From: Escherichia phage vB_EcoM_TU01
Direction: 5' to 3' (one strand)
Length of the DNA: 64,000 bases
Sequence record: MZ560701
Positions 38,776-47,775 of this stretch are shown piece by piece. The notes below the pieces were generated by a model. The model was not told the origin of the DNA. It ran no database searches and saw only the letters and a list, made by a program, of their open reading frames with translations. Numbering within the stretch: position 1 is the first letter of the stretch; each line of letters opens with the position of its first letter. Position numbers and translations under genes: made by a program.

Positions 38776-39936
38776 ATGAATACTTTTAAAATCGGAACGA
38801 ATTTTGATTTAGCTCTTCTTGATAAAATCGTAGAGCTCAATAAAACTTATCCTAATAGCTTGATAAACGAAGTATATGGCTCTACAAGAGAAATGGCTTT
38901 TGTAGCAGCCAGACCTGATTTTAGGCTTCCTGACGTTGACAAAAAGATGTTAGAAGATTACGTTAAACGTTGTAACGAATTAGGTATTTGCTTTAACTAT
39001 ACACTCAACACGATAAATCCTGGTTCAAAAAGAGAACTAGTTGAGTGGAAGAAGAAAGCTATTCAGGACTATGTTCAGTATCTTTGGTCAATAGGCGTAT
39101 GGCGTATTACTATCGCTAACCCTGTTGTTATGGAAATTGTTCGTGAAGTCAATAAAGACATTGAGATTGAAGTTTCAACAATTTTACATGTCGATGCTGT
39201 AACTCAAATCAAATACTTACATGACCAGTATAATATCAAAAAGGTCTGCTGTGGAATTCATAAGAACCGTTCAGTTTCTTTCCTGAAGCGTGCAGCAGAG
39301 TTTTGCAATAAGAACAATATAATATTTGAAGTTCTTGTAAATGAGTTCTGTTCTAATGCTGGTAAAGGGTATACAACACATTGTAGCTATCGTGACTCTT
39401 GCTATATTTTCCATAGTACTGATGTTACAGCTGATGATGCTAAATCCTTAAATGGATATCCTATGCAGCACTGTATTAAAGCTCGTGATACAGACCCATT
39501 TAACTGGTTGAGAACTCGTTTTGTTCGTCCACAAGATTTGAAACTTTATAATGATATTGGTATCACTCAATTTAAAGTTTCGGGACGTACAGGTAGCACC
39601 GACTACATTTTGAAAGTTCTTGAAGCTTATGCTTCTGAAAAGTTTGAAGGTAATTTGTTGGAATTGTGGAAGCCTTTAGAGACCATTTTCACTCTTGAAA
39701 ATGAGACCGAGTTTTCACATACGGTAAATATTGAAACCTCTTTGTTAGACGGCTTTTTAGAAAAAAGGTGGTTCAGACATCCGGATTTCGATTGTGCTAA
39801 TGAAATCTGCGGGACGACGTGTACATATTGTGAAAGATATTATAAACGTCAGTTATCTAAAAATGGGTTATCAGAAAATTCTATATCTATTATTGATATA
39901 ACTAACTCTGACGACGCTTTGAGGTACCCAGAATGA
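38776..39936 (+). CDS. Cys-rich enzyme of unknown function (possible U32-like TIM barrel; C-terminal CGTTCTYC Cx3Cx2C cluster)
   Basis: 386 aa; FEVLVNEFCSNAGKGYTTHCSYRDSC and CANEICGTTCTYC; family assignment tentative. Confidence 0.5.
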   Translation: MNTFKIGTNFDLALLDKIVELNKTYPNSLINEVYGSTREMAFVAARPDFRLPDVDKKMLEDYVKRCNELGICFNYTLNTINPGSKRELVEWKKKAIQDYVQYLWSIGVWRITIANPVVMEIVREVNKDIEIEVSTILHVDAVTQIKYLHDQYNIKKVCCGIHKNRSVSFLKRAAEFCNKNNIIFEVLVNEFCSNAGKGYTTHCSYRDSCYIFHSTDVTADDAKSLNGYPMQHCIKARDTDPFNWLRTRFVRPQDLKLYNDIGITQFKVSGRTGSTDYILKVLEAYASEKFEGNLLELWKPLETIFTLENETEFSHTVNIETSLLDGFLEKRWFRHPDFDCANEICGTTCTYCERYYKRQLSKNGLSENSISIIDITNSDDALRYPE

Positions 39937-40109
39937 TTTCTAGAAAAACTTTTAACCACCAACTTAATGAAGAGATTTTGACTATAAAAATTAACAGCAA
40001 CGAACAAATTCTTAAAAAGGCCCTTATGGGCCTGTTTGAAACTAAAGCGGCTAAAGCGATTAAAGAAACCTGTTCAACTAGAATACTATGCCGACGCATT
40101 CCTTCATAG
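39933..40109 (+). CDS. small hypothetical protein (58 aa)
   Basis: ATGA overlap. Confidence 0.3.
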   Translation: MISRKTFNHQLNEEILTIKINSNEQILKKALMGLFETKAAKAIKETCSTRILCRRIPS

Positions 40110-40172
40110 TGTCCTTGGAAGTATTGATGCCGAAGCTCTACGTTATATCAACATCGCTAAGAAATTCAAATA

Positions 40173-40196
40173 AGCTTTATGAATTGAGTATATAAT
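40173..40196 (+). promoter_or_regulatory. middle-promoter-like element (MotA-box-like AGCTTTA, TATAAT 11 nt downstream) for gene 42
   Basis: AGCTTTA 40173-40179, TATAAT 40191-40196. Confidence 0.45.
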
Positions 40197-40215
40197 AAAC
40201 TGTATTGAGGTAAAC

Positions 40216-40932
40216 ATGGGAAAACATAACACAATGAAATATATTAAAGCCGCAGATTTTCAATCCGCATTTAAAGCTGTCAATCGTGAAATTTTAGAAA
40301 ACCCAGAATTCGTAACTGATTCTCGTATTGGACGTTGTAATGAAATTGGGTCTATGACAGTAGTTGTTGACACTCCATCATCATTCAAAATGACCGACCC
40401 ACGTATTAACCGCATCTCTTATGAATATGCCGAAGATTTCTGGAAATTTATGATTTCTGGCGGNACTGANGCAGAAGAAGCATTTAAGGCATATCCTAAT
40501 GTCGCTAAATTTATTTCTAAACCAAAATCAGACGCTTTGCCTGCGAACTTCAACACTTTCTATGGTCCTCGCATTGCGGCCCAATTACCAGCTCTTCTAA
40601 AAGAACTTAAAGAGAAGCCTAACTCTCGAAGAGTTGTGTTCCAAATTCTTGAAAGTTCTGATCAGGCTTTGCTTGATTCGGACGAAACGCTTGAATATCC
40701 ATGTACTGACTCAGTGACTTATTATATTCGTGATGGTAAGCTTTATACCCACTGTCATATGCGTTCCCAGAACTGTGCTGTTGTTATGCAGTTGGATTTT
40801 TATCTCCAAGGAAAATTACTTCATTATATCGCTAAAGAATGCGGTGTAGAAGTTGGTGATTATACTCATACCATGGTAAGTGCCCATGTGTTTGAACGTG
40901 ATTTTGATTATGTTAAAGGATTCCTTGACTAA
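40216..40932 (+). CDS. 42: dCMP hydroxymethylase (thymidylate-synthase fold)
   Basis: 238 aa; CTDSVTYYIRDGKLYTHCHMRSQNCAVVMQLDF parallels T4 gp42 catalytic-Cys region; between 43 and uvsX. Confidence 0.85.
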   Translation: MGKHNTMKYIKAADFQSAFKAVNREILENPEFVTDSRIGRCNEIGSMTVVVDTPSSFKMTDPRINRISYEYAEDFWKFMISGXTXAEEAFKAYPNVAKFISKPKSDALPANFNTFYGPRIAAQLPALLKELKEKPNSRRVVFQILESSDQALLDSDETLEYPCTDSVTYYIRDGKLYTHCHMRSQNCAVVMQLDFYLQGKLLHYIAKECGVEVGDYTHTMVSAHVFERDFDYVKGFLD

Positions 40933-41831
40933 TGGCTATTTTCCGCGTACCTATCTTGAGTATGCGGTCTTATGAAACCGGACAGTATGCTATCCTTAAG
41001 GATGGCAACTTCCAACTTCATTTGCACCGTGCTAATCCGGGTGATGTGATTACATATCCACGTAATGCATCTGATATTAAAGAATGTGAACGTCTTTTCC
41101 CAGAATTTAAGTTTGTTCCATTATGGTATAAAGATAACGCGTATAACACTCGTAAATATTTCTGGTCTGAAAATGAATTTGTGGTTGATTCATTAATTGC
41201 TTATTATGATTGTGATTTTCTAATCACAGATATCACTGGATATGACGGAGCTTTTGATGTAGAATTCAATTTCAATATCACTGCAGACCCTAATAAACCA
41301 CGTTTTTATATTGACGAATTCTTAAAAACCGACATGTTGTCGGTTAATCGTTCACTTCAAACTACTGTGTTGAATGAACGTCAAAAAGAAGTGCTGGTTA
41401 ACGCTGGTGCAGATGGTAATAAGATTATCGTAACCCAGAAAGTTATACGTCCTTCCATCATGCAGCGTCTTGTAGGTGATTTGGCTCCTATTCATCTAGA
41501 TGGTATTTTTCATCCATTTCGAATTAGTGACCCGTGCTATCGTTTTGAACAAGTGGTTGAATGTGCAATTCAATTAGGTCAACCGCTTTATGTAACCGAT
41601 CCAAATAATAGTTTCGATAGAAATAAGTATCCTGAAGAAGCGCTGATTCGAATTTTTAAACCAACTAAAACTGAGTACTATCAAATTCTTAAAGGACGGC
41701 CGAAGATTCAATATTTCGAAAATCCTGAAGAAGTATTCCATCCAGGTCTTGGCGAGTTCATCTACTTTAATGCTTTAATTTCTTCACCGTATAATATACC
41801 TAAATACGAAGATGTCGTAATCGAGGAATAA
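40932..41831 (+). CDS. hypothetical protein at the T4 beta-glucosyltransferase locus (no resemblance to T4 beta-gt)
   Basis: 299 aa; TAATG overlap with gene 42; no motif I could assign. Confidence 0.5.
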   Translation: MAIFRVPILSMRSYETGQYAILKDGNFQLHLHRANPGDVITYPRNASDIKECERLFPEFKFVPLWYKDNAYNTRKYFWSENEFVVDSLIAYYDCDFLITDITGYDGAFDVEFNFNITADPNKPRFYIDEFLKTDMLSVNRSLQTTVLNERQKEVLVNAGADGNKIIVTQKVIRPSIMQRLVGDLAPIHLDGIFHPFRISDPCYRFEQVVECAIQLGQPLYVTDPNNSFDRNKYPEEALIRIFKPTKTEYYQILKGRPKIQYFENPEEVFHPGLGEFIYFNALISSPYNIPKYEDVVIEE

Positions 41832-41832
41832 A

Positions 41833-42381
41833 ATGGCTAAAATTATTTTAGTAGATGGCCCGGATAATGCTGGTAAAACAACTTTCATTAATGATATAAT
41901 GGAAATTAGTGAAAGATATGTAAAGATTGATTTCCCTAAACGAACAGTTGATGGACGTTTCGATGTTAAGTCTCGAAATGAAGTTGGCTGTTTCGAAACG
42001 ATGTTGAATTATTTAGACCCTACTAAGATTTATCTGTTAGACCGTGGATATATTAGTAACTGGGTTTATGGACGTATTCGACAAGATGCGGACTCGGTTC
42101 TTGACGTTTATGAACAGGATTATGTTCGTCTTTGCCAAAACCATGATGTGTTCACAATTATTTTAACACGTAACGAAATGACTGAAAGTTTTGAAGACGA
42201 CCTTATTACTTTGTCTTCATTCGGTTTTAATACAGTCATTTCACATTTTGAAGAGTTTGCAATTCATAACAAAATCCAAACGTATCAATTACTTAATCAT
42301 GATGGTGCTAACAAAGTTATAGGATTTAATGCAAGCGAACGTAATTATTTGATTACAGAAATTATCAAATGGGCTCGTTAA
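41833..42381 (+). CDS. P-loop nucleoside/nucleotide-kinase-like protein
   Basis: MAKIILVDGPDNAGKTTFI (Walker A), LLDRGYISNWVYG (DR motif typical of dNK/dNMP kinases). Confidence 0.55.
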   Translation: MAKIILVDGPDNAGKTTFINDIMEISERYVKIDFPKRTVDGRFDVKSRNEVGCFETMLNYLDPTKIYLLDRGYISNWVYGRIRQDADSVLDVYEQDYVRLCQNHDVFTIILTRNEMTESFEDDLITLSSFGFNTVISHFEEFAIHNKIQTYQLLNHDGANKVIGFNASERNYLITEIIKWAR

Positions 42382-42402
42382 GAGCCTGTTTAAAGTTTTT
42401 AA

Positions 42403-42428
42403 ATGCTGTATAACCCTTAGTATATAAT
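42403..42428 (+). promoter_or_regulatory. middle-promoter-like element (MotA-box-like ATGCTGTA, TATAAT) for uvsX
   Basis: TATAAT 42423-42428, 12 nt after box. Confidence 0.45.
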
Positions 42429-42481
42429 CGTCTTATCTTTTAAACATGAGTAAAATATAATGATGCCTATGGAAAAATACA

Positions 42482-43654
42482 ATGTCTGATTTAAAATCTC
42501 GTCTGATTAAAGCTTCTACTTCTAAAATGACTGCAGACTTGACTAAGTCTAAGCTGTTTAATAATCGTGATGAAGTCCCTACTCGTATTCCGATGTTGAA
42601 TATTGCATTAGGTGGTGCACTGAATGCCGGGTTGCAATCAGGCTTAACTATTTTTGCTGCTCCTTCTAAACACTTTAAAACGTTGTTTGGACTGACCATG
42701 GTTGCAGCATATATGAAGAAATATAAAGATGCAATTTGTTTGTTCTATGATTCAGAATTTGGTGCTTCAGAATCTTATTTTCGTTCAATGGGTGTTGATT
42801 TAGACCGTGTAGTTCATACTCCGATTCAATCTGTCGAACAACTTAAAGTTGATATGACTAATCAGCTTGACGCGATTGAACGTGGTGATAAAGTTATTAT
42901 CTTTATCGATTCAATCGGTAATACTGCATCTAAGAAAGAAACTGAAGATGCGTTGAACGAGAAAGTTGTAGGTGATATGTCTCGTGCTAAGGCACTTAAA
43001 TCTCTGTTCCGCATTGTGACTCCTTATCTGACTATTAAAGATATTCCATGTGTTGCAATCAACCATACAGCAATGGAAATCGGCGGACTATATCCTAAAG
43101 AGATTATGGGCGGTGGTACAGGTATTCTTTACTCTGCTAACACTGTATTCTTTATCTCTAAACGTCAGGTTAAAGAAGGTACAGAATTGACCGGNTANGA
43201 NTTCACGTTGAAAGCAGAAAAATCTCGTACAGTTAAAGAGAAATCTACTTTCCCGATCACGGTTAATTTTGATGGCGGTATTGACCCATTCAGTGGCTTG
43301 TTAGAAATGGCAACTGAAATTGGTTTTGTAGTTAAGCCTAAAGCCGGTTGGTACGCTCGCGAATTCCTTGACGAAGAAACAGGCGAAATGATTCGTGAAG
43401 AAAAATCATGGCGTGCTAAAGCTACTGATTGTGTAGAATTCTGGGGACCATTGTTTAAACACAAACCTTTCCGAGATGCAATTGAAACTAAATATAAACT
43501 AGGTGCTATCTCTTCTATTAAAGAAGTTGATGACGCTGTTAATGACCTTATTAATTGCAAAGCAACAACTAAAGTTCCGGTTAAAACTTCTGATGCTCCG
43601 TCTGCAGCAGATATAGAAAACGACCTTGACGAAATGGAAGATTTCGATGAATAA
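42482..43654 (+). CDS. uvsX: RecA-like recombinase UvsX
   Basis: MSDLKSRLIKASTSKMTADLTKSKLFNNRDEVPTRIPMLNIALGGALNAGLQSGLTIFAAPSKHFKT matches T4 UvsX. Confidence 0.95.
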   Translation: MSDLKSRLIKASTSKMTADLTKSKLFNNRDEVPTRIPMLNIALGGALNAGLQSGLTIFAAPSKHFKTLFGLTMVAAYMKKYKDAICLFYDSEFGASESYFRSMGVDLDRVVHTPIQSVEQLKVDMTNQLDAIERGDKVIIFIDSIGNTASKKETEDALNEKVVGDMSRAKALKSLFRIVTPYLTIKDIPCVAINHTAMEIGGLYPKEIMGGGTGILYSANTVFFISKRQVKEGTELTXXXFTLKAEKSRTVKEKSTFPITVNFDGGIDPFSGLLEMATEIGFVVKPKAGWYAREFLDEETGEMIREEKSWRAKATDCVEFWGPLFKHKPFRDAIETKYKLGAISSIKEVDDAVNDLINCKATTKVPVKTSDAPSAADIENDLDEMEDFDE

Positions 43655-43988
43655 TCTCGATGATTTAAATCTAGAAATCGTTGATGAATCCCCTTCTTCG
43701 GAAGGGGAAGACATTCGCAAAGAACGAGTGTTTAATGAATCTCTTAAAATTGTCCGTTCAGCAATGGAAAATGTCATTCAAGAGATTCTGATTACGCTTG
43801 AAGATGGTTCTCATCATATAGTCTATATTACAAAACTAGACTGGGTTGATGGTAAAATCGTAATGGACTTTGCAGTTCTTGACCAGGACAGAAAAGCAGA
43901 ACTTGCACCACATGTTGAAAAATGTGTTACAATGCAAGTACAACAAGCTTTTAATGAACGGACCAAGAAAAAATTTAAATTCTTTTAA
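43647..43988 (+). CDS. 40: gp40-like protein (by position between uvsX and 41)
   Basis: 113 aa; synteny with T4 gene 40. Confidence 0.55.
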   Translation: MNNLDDLNLEIVDESPSSEGEDIRKERVFNESLKIVRSAMENVIQEILITLEDGSHHIVYITKLDWVDGKIVMDFAVLDQDRKAELAPHVEKCVTMQVQQAFNERTKKKFKFF

Positions 43989-43997
43989 GGAGTTATC

Positions 43998-45440
43998 GTG
44001 GTAGAAATTATTTTGTCTCATCTAGTATATGACCAGGCTTATTTTTCTAAGGTCTGGCCTTATATGGATTCTGAGTATTTTGAGCGTGGACCGGCAAAAA
44101 ACGTCTTTAAAATTATAAAGAGCCACGTTAACGAATATAATGCAATGCCATCTATCAACGCGTTAAAGGTGGCTTTAGATAACAGTTCTTTAACTGAAGC
44201 CGAATATAAAGGAACTTCAGACCTAATTGAAAAATTGGCTGATACTCCTGAAGACCACGAATGGTTGGTTAAAGAAACTGAGAAATATGTCCAGCAAAAA
44301 GCGATGTATAATGCTACATCCAAAATCATTGAGATTCAGTCTAATGCTGAACTACCTCCAGAACAACGTAACAAGAAAATGCCTGACGTAGGAGCTATTC
44401 CTGATATTATGCGTCAAGCACTTTCAATTTCGTTTGATAGTTATGTTGGACATGACTGGATGGAAGACTACGAAGCACGCTGGCTTTCTTATCTGAACAA
44501 AGCACGTAAGGTCCCGTTCAAATTAAACATTCTGAATAAAATCACTAAAGGCGGTGCAGAAACAGGTACACTGAACGTTTTAATGGCCGGTGTTAACGTC
44601 GGTAAATCTTTAGGCCTTTGTTCACTTGCTGCAGATTATCTTCAAACAGGTCATAATGTTCTTTATATTTCCATGGAAATGGCCGAAGAAGTTTGCGCTA
44701 AGCGTATAGATGCAAACATGCTTGACGTATCACTTGACGATATTGATGATGGTAACGTATCTTATGCTGAATATAAAGCCAAGATGGAAAAATGGCGTTC
44801 AAAAACAACATTAGGACGTTTAGTAGTTAAACAGTATCCTACTGGTGGAGCTAATGCTAATACATTCCGTGCATTGCTTAATGAATTGAAACTCAAGAAG
44901 AACTTTGTGCCATCTGTAATCATGGTTGATTACTTAGGTATTTGTGGGTCTTGTCGTATCAGAGTTTACACTGAAAATAGTTACACATTAGTTAAAGCTA
45001 TCGCAGAAGAACTTCGTGCATTAGCAGTAGAATCTGAAACAGTTCTATGGACTGCAGCTCAAGTAGGACGTGCAGCATGGGATGCTTCGGATATGAACAT
45101 GAGCGATATTGCAGAATCAGCAGGTTTACCAGCAACGGCGGATTTCATGTTGGCCGTAATTGAAACAGAAGAACTTGCACAAGCTGAACAACAACTTATC
45201 AAACAAATCAAATCACGATACGGTGATAAGAATAAGTGGAATAAATTCCTGATGGGTGTACGTAAAGGCAACCAGAAATGGATTGAGATTGAGCAAGAAG
45301 GCATGAACACACCTAACACAGTAAATGAAAACGCAGGTGCTCAGATGCGTCAGGCAGAGGTGAATCGTACGGAACGCGTAGGTAAAGCCAAAACAACACG
45401 TGCTGACCTAGATAGCTTAGCCAATGAGTTAAAATTTTAA
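43998..45440 (+). CDS. 41: replicative DNA helicase gp41 (DnaB-like), GTG start
   Basis: MVEIILSHLVYDQAYFSKVWPYMDSEYFE...GVNVGKSLGLCSLAADY matches T4 gp41; AAGGAG RBS before GTG. Confidence 0.95.
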   Translation: MVEIILSHLVYDQAYFSKVWPYMDSEYFERGPAKNVFKIIKSHVNEYNAMPSINALKVALDNSSLTEAEYKGTSDLIEKLADTPEDHEWLVKETEKYVQQKAMYNATSKIIEIQSNAELPPEQRNKKMPDVGAIPDIMRQALSISFDSYVGHDWMEDYEARWLSYLNKARKVPFKLNILNKITKGGAETGTLNVLMAGVNVGKSLGLCSLAADYLQTGHNVLYISMEMAEEVCAKRIDANMLDVSLDDIDDGNVSYAEYKAKMEKWRSKTTLGRLVVKQYPTGGANANTFRALLNELKLKKNFVPSVIMVDYLGICGSCRIRVYTENSYTLVKAIAEELRALAVESETVLWTAAQVGRAAWDASDMNMSDIAESAGLPATADFMLAVIETEELAQAEQQLIKQIKSRYGDKNKWNKFLMGVRKGNQKWIEIEQEGMNTPNTVNENAGAQMRQAEVNRTERVGKAKTTRADLDSLANELKF

Positions 45441-45445
45441 TAAAA

Positions 45446-45499
45446 AGGAGACTTCGGTCTCCTTTCGGGGTTTACATCTTCCTCTAGGCATGATATGAT
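45446..45499 (+). promoter_or_regulatory. terminator-like hairpin (AGGAGAC-TTCG-GTCTCCT) followed by early promoter (GTTTAC 45470-45475, TATGAT -10)
   Basis: hairpin 45446-45463 directly after gene 41 stop. Confidence 0.5.
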
Positions 45500-45528
45500 G
45501 TACTTACACCAACCAAGAGGAAAACATT

Positions 45529-45903
45529 ATGAATATGTCTCAAGCAATTTTTACTGCAATCACCGAAAACACAACTGTTGAAGTAGTTTCTCCGCTGGCA
45601 ACCTACGTTATTCTTGCTCCTAAAACTATTGTATCTCGTATGGAAAACATGGGCAAACGTATCGTACAAATTGTTGGAGCCGGAAATCAAAAACTTGATT
45701 ATCTGCGAACCATCAAAGCTTATGAACATTTCCAACTCGAAAAAGGTTCTCCTATCCAGGTAGAACTCGTAAATGGTGATATCGTTCGAGCAATGTTCCA
45801 TCATTTCTATGCATTGAATGACCCATCTAAAGCGGTTCGTTTAATTGCATATGACGCAAACCAAAACGAAATCAACGCAGATATATCTAAATTACGTTTT
45901 TAA
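45529..45903 (+). CDS. hypothetical protein
   Basis: AGAGGAAAA RBS. Confidence 0.5.
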   Translation: MNMSQAIFTAITENTTVEVVSPLATYVILAPKTIVSRMENMGKRIVQIVGAGNQKLDYLRTIKAYEHFQLEKGSPIQVELVNGDIVRAMFHHFYALNDPSKAVRLIAYDANQNEINADISKLRF

Positions 45904-45950
45904 GTTTACTTCTCCAGTAGTTGTGTTATTATAGACCTATCAACTACTGG
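45904..45950 (+). promoter_or_regulatory. early promoter/stem-loop (PeSL-like)
   Basis: GTTTAC 45904-45909, TATTAT 45927-45932, CCAGTAGTTG/CAACTACTGG inverted repeat. Confidence 0.55.
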
Positions 45951-45958
45951 AGAACAAA

Positions 45959-46276
45959 ATGAAAACCATCGATTGTAAAGCAGAATTTAAGATTTTTTAT
46001 CACGGTTCAAGTAGTTCAGCTAACATCGAAAACATGCTTTGTCCTCCTGAAGAAACAGGAGTTCTGTCTGAAACTGGACGTAAGAAAAACTTGGATCGTG
46101 TGTTCTTTACTGAAGATATCGGTTTAGCAAAGATTTATGCAGGACGAGCAGCACGCTCTTATGGAGGTGAACCACGACTCTATCGAGTAATTTCTCCGGT
46201 AGACGTAGTTCAAATGAATAATACTAAAGGTGCTACAGTTTATCACGCTGAATGGGCATTTTGCGAGGAAATATGA
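45959..46276 (+). CDS. hypothetical protein (contains YHGSSS motif)
   Basis: 105 aa; directly precedes dmd. Confidence 0.45.
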   Translation: MKTIDCKAEFKIFYHGSSSSANIENMLCPPEETGVLSETGRKKNLDRVFFTEDIGLAKIYAGRAARSYGGEPRLYRVISPVDVVQMNNTKGATVYHAEWAFCEEI

Positions 46277-46464
46277 GCAAATTAACTAAAGTTACTTTTA
46301 TCGGTTGGTTTAAAAGCGGTGAGATGTTCACTAAAGATATCATGTTATCAGGTGATCGCGAAGAAATCGAGTGGGTTACGGTACAACTTGCTGAAGTGAA
46401 CAAAGCATTAGTTAAAGCATTTGTTAATGACGAGAAAGTTTTTGAAGCTGATTTCAGAGGATAA
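46273..46464 (+). CDS. dmd: Dmd antitoxin (discriminator of mRNA degradation)
   Basis: MSKLTKVTFIGWFKSGEMFTKDIMLSGD...QLAEVNKALVKAFVNDEKVFEADFRG resembles T4 Dmd as recalled. Confidence 0.75.
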   Translation: MSKLTKVTFIGWFKSGEMFTKDIMLSGDREEIEWVTVQLAEVNKALVKAFVNDEKVFEADFRG

Positions 46465-46465
46465 T

Positions 46466-46678
46466 ATGTATTCAACTGTGTTTAAACCATCAACATACGA
46501 ATTTGCATCAACTACACAATGGAAAGCTCTTATTCTGGAAGGATGGGAACTAATGATGGATTGTGAAGCATCTGAAAAGTTTCCACACGGCAAAGTGGAC
46601 TTCGTTAAATTTGCTGTACGTCCGACTAAACGACAGATTCGTCAAGAAAAACGCAAATTTCGCAAAAGTTTAAAATAA
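46466..46678 (+). CDS. small protein with basic C-terminal RPTKRQIRQEKRKFR tail (family member 3)
   Basis: ...FAVRPTKRQIRQEKRKFRKSLK. Confidence 0.45.
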   Translation: MYSTVFKPSTYEFASTTQWKALILEGWELMMDCEASEKFPHGKVDFVKFAVRPTKRQIRQEKRKFRKSLK

Positions 46679-46680
46679 CT

Positions 46681-46709
46681 GTTTACAAGCACCACATACT
46701 GTGTTACTA
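46681..46709 (+). promoter_or_regulatory. T4-type early promoter (GTTTAC-17 nt-TACTAT)
   Basis: GTTTAC 46681-46686, TACTAT 46704-46709. Confidence 0.5.
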
Positions 46710-46738
46710 TCTTTCTATCAACTACAGAGGAAATTGAA

Positions 46739-47107
46739 ATGAAAAAATTAATCGCTTTAGCAATGGTATTTGGATTAACCGGATGTGGTGCCCATGGCTT
46801 TATCCCTAATAACGTTGGCCAACTGATTTACAATCCGAATGTTAAACAGTATGACCAACCTAAAGTTGAAGTGGAAGACCCGGTTACTGTAGGTAATCGA
46901 ATGATTCAAGCTGATGCACATGCTCAACGTTATCGTGATTCTGATACTGTAGCATTGTCAAAAGAACAACGCGTTAAAGAACATTGTCTACAGGCTACTG
47001 AAATCGCATTCATTCGCTATGTTGAAACAACTGGTAAAGAGCCTACCCAGAAACAAATCGCGAATAACTACGTCCAGTGTATTGAACGTTTAAACAAATT
47101 TAATTAA
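46739..47107 (+). CDS. putative lipoprotein (lipobox LTGC)
   Basis: MKKLIALAMVFGLTGCGAHGF. Confidence 0.55.
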   Translation: MKKLIALAMVFGLTGCGAHGFIPNNVGQLIYNPNVKQYDQPKVEVEDPVTVGNRMIQADAHAQRYRDSDTVALSKEQRVKEHCLQATEIAFIRYVETTGKEPTQKQIANNYVQCIERLNKFN

Positions 47108-47110
47108 TTG

Positions 47111-47140
47111 GTTTACGCCAAAGTTAAAACAAGATATTAT
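47111..47140 (+). promoter_or_regulatory. T4-type early promoter (GTTTAC-18 nt-TATTAT)
   Basis: GTTTAC 47111-47116, TATTAT 47135-47140. Confidence 0.5.
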
Positions 47141-47168
47141 AAACATAACAAATCAAGAGGAAATTAAC

Positions 47169-47417
47169 ATGGAATTATTCGTAGCTAGTTCAGTAGCGGT
47201 TTTAATTGCAGGTATTGGTTCAATCATCATTTACATGTTGCCTTGGGTAATCGCACTTATTCGTGGCACAAAAAGCACAACAGCAATCTTCTTTGTATCT
47301 TTACTCTTTAACTGGACGATGGTTGGTTGGATTGGAACTTTAATTTGGTCTATCGTTGCCGAAAAGAAATCTGCTCAGCAGCCTCAACAAGTAATTATTA
47401 TTCGCGAAAAAGAATAA
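47169..47417 (+). CDS. small two-TM membrane protein (superinfection-immunity-like candidate)
   Basis: VAVLIAGIGSIIIYMLPWVIALI and AIFFVSLLFNWTMVGWIGTLIWSIV. Confidence 0.45.
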   Translation: MELFVASSVAVLIAGIGSIIIYMLPWVIALIRGTKSTTAIFFVSLLFNWTMVGWIGTLIWSIVAEKKSAQQPQQVIIIREKE

Positions 47418-47421
47418 ACTT

Positions 47422-47456
47422 GTTTACATTATAGATGGACTATAGTATAGTAGTCC
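47422..47456 (+). promoter_or_regulatory. early promoter/stem-loop (PeSL-like)
   Basis: GTTTAC 47422-47427; stem GGACTA/TAGTCC around TATAGT. Confidence 0.5.
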
Positions 47457-47480
47457 TATCAAATCAACTAAGGAGTTAAA

Positions 47481-47774
47481 ATGAAAAAGTTATCATTGGC
47501 AGCAATCTTACTTGCAGTATCATGTGCACCAGCTCCAGTTACGGCAGGTTATGATAAAGACCTCTGTGAGTGGTCAATGACTGCAAATCAAGAAGATGTT
47601 GAACAACAAATCTTCTCTGATATCATGAACATCACTAAACGAGACCGTCCTAATATGGTTAATAAAGTTGTTGAACAACTTAAGTCTGGCGGTATCATGC
47701 AGTACAATTATGTTTTGTATTGTGACCCTAATTTCGATAACAAAGATATCGTAACCGAAATCACAGGTGAATAA
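47481..47774 (+). CDS. sp: periplasmic protein, spackle-like by position and size (97 aa with signal peptide)
   Basis: MKKLSLAAILLAVSCAPAPVTA leader; located in the 41-61 interval like T4 sp; weak assignment. Confidence 0.45.
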   Translation: MKKLSLAAILLAVSCAPAPVTAGYDKDLCEWSMTANQEDVEQQIFSDIMNITKRDRPNMVNKVVEQLKSGGIMQYNYVLYCDPNFDNKDIVTEITGE

Positions 47775-47775
47775 T

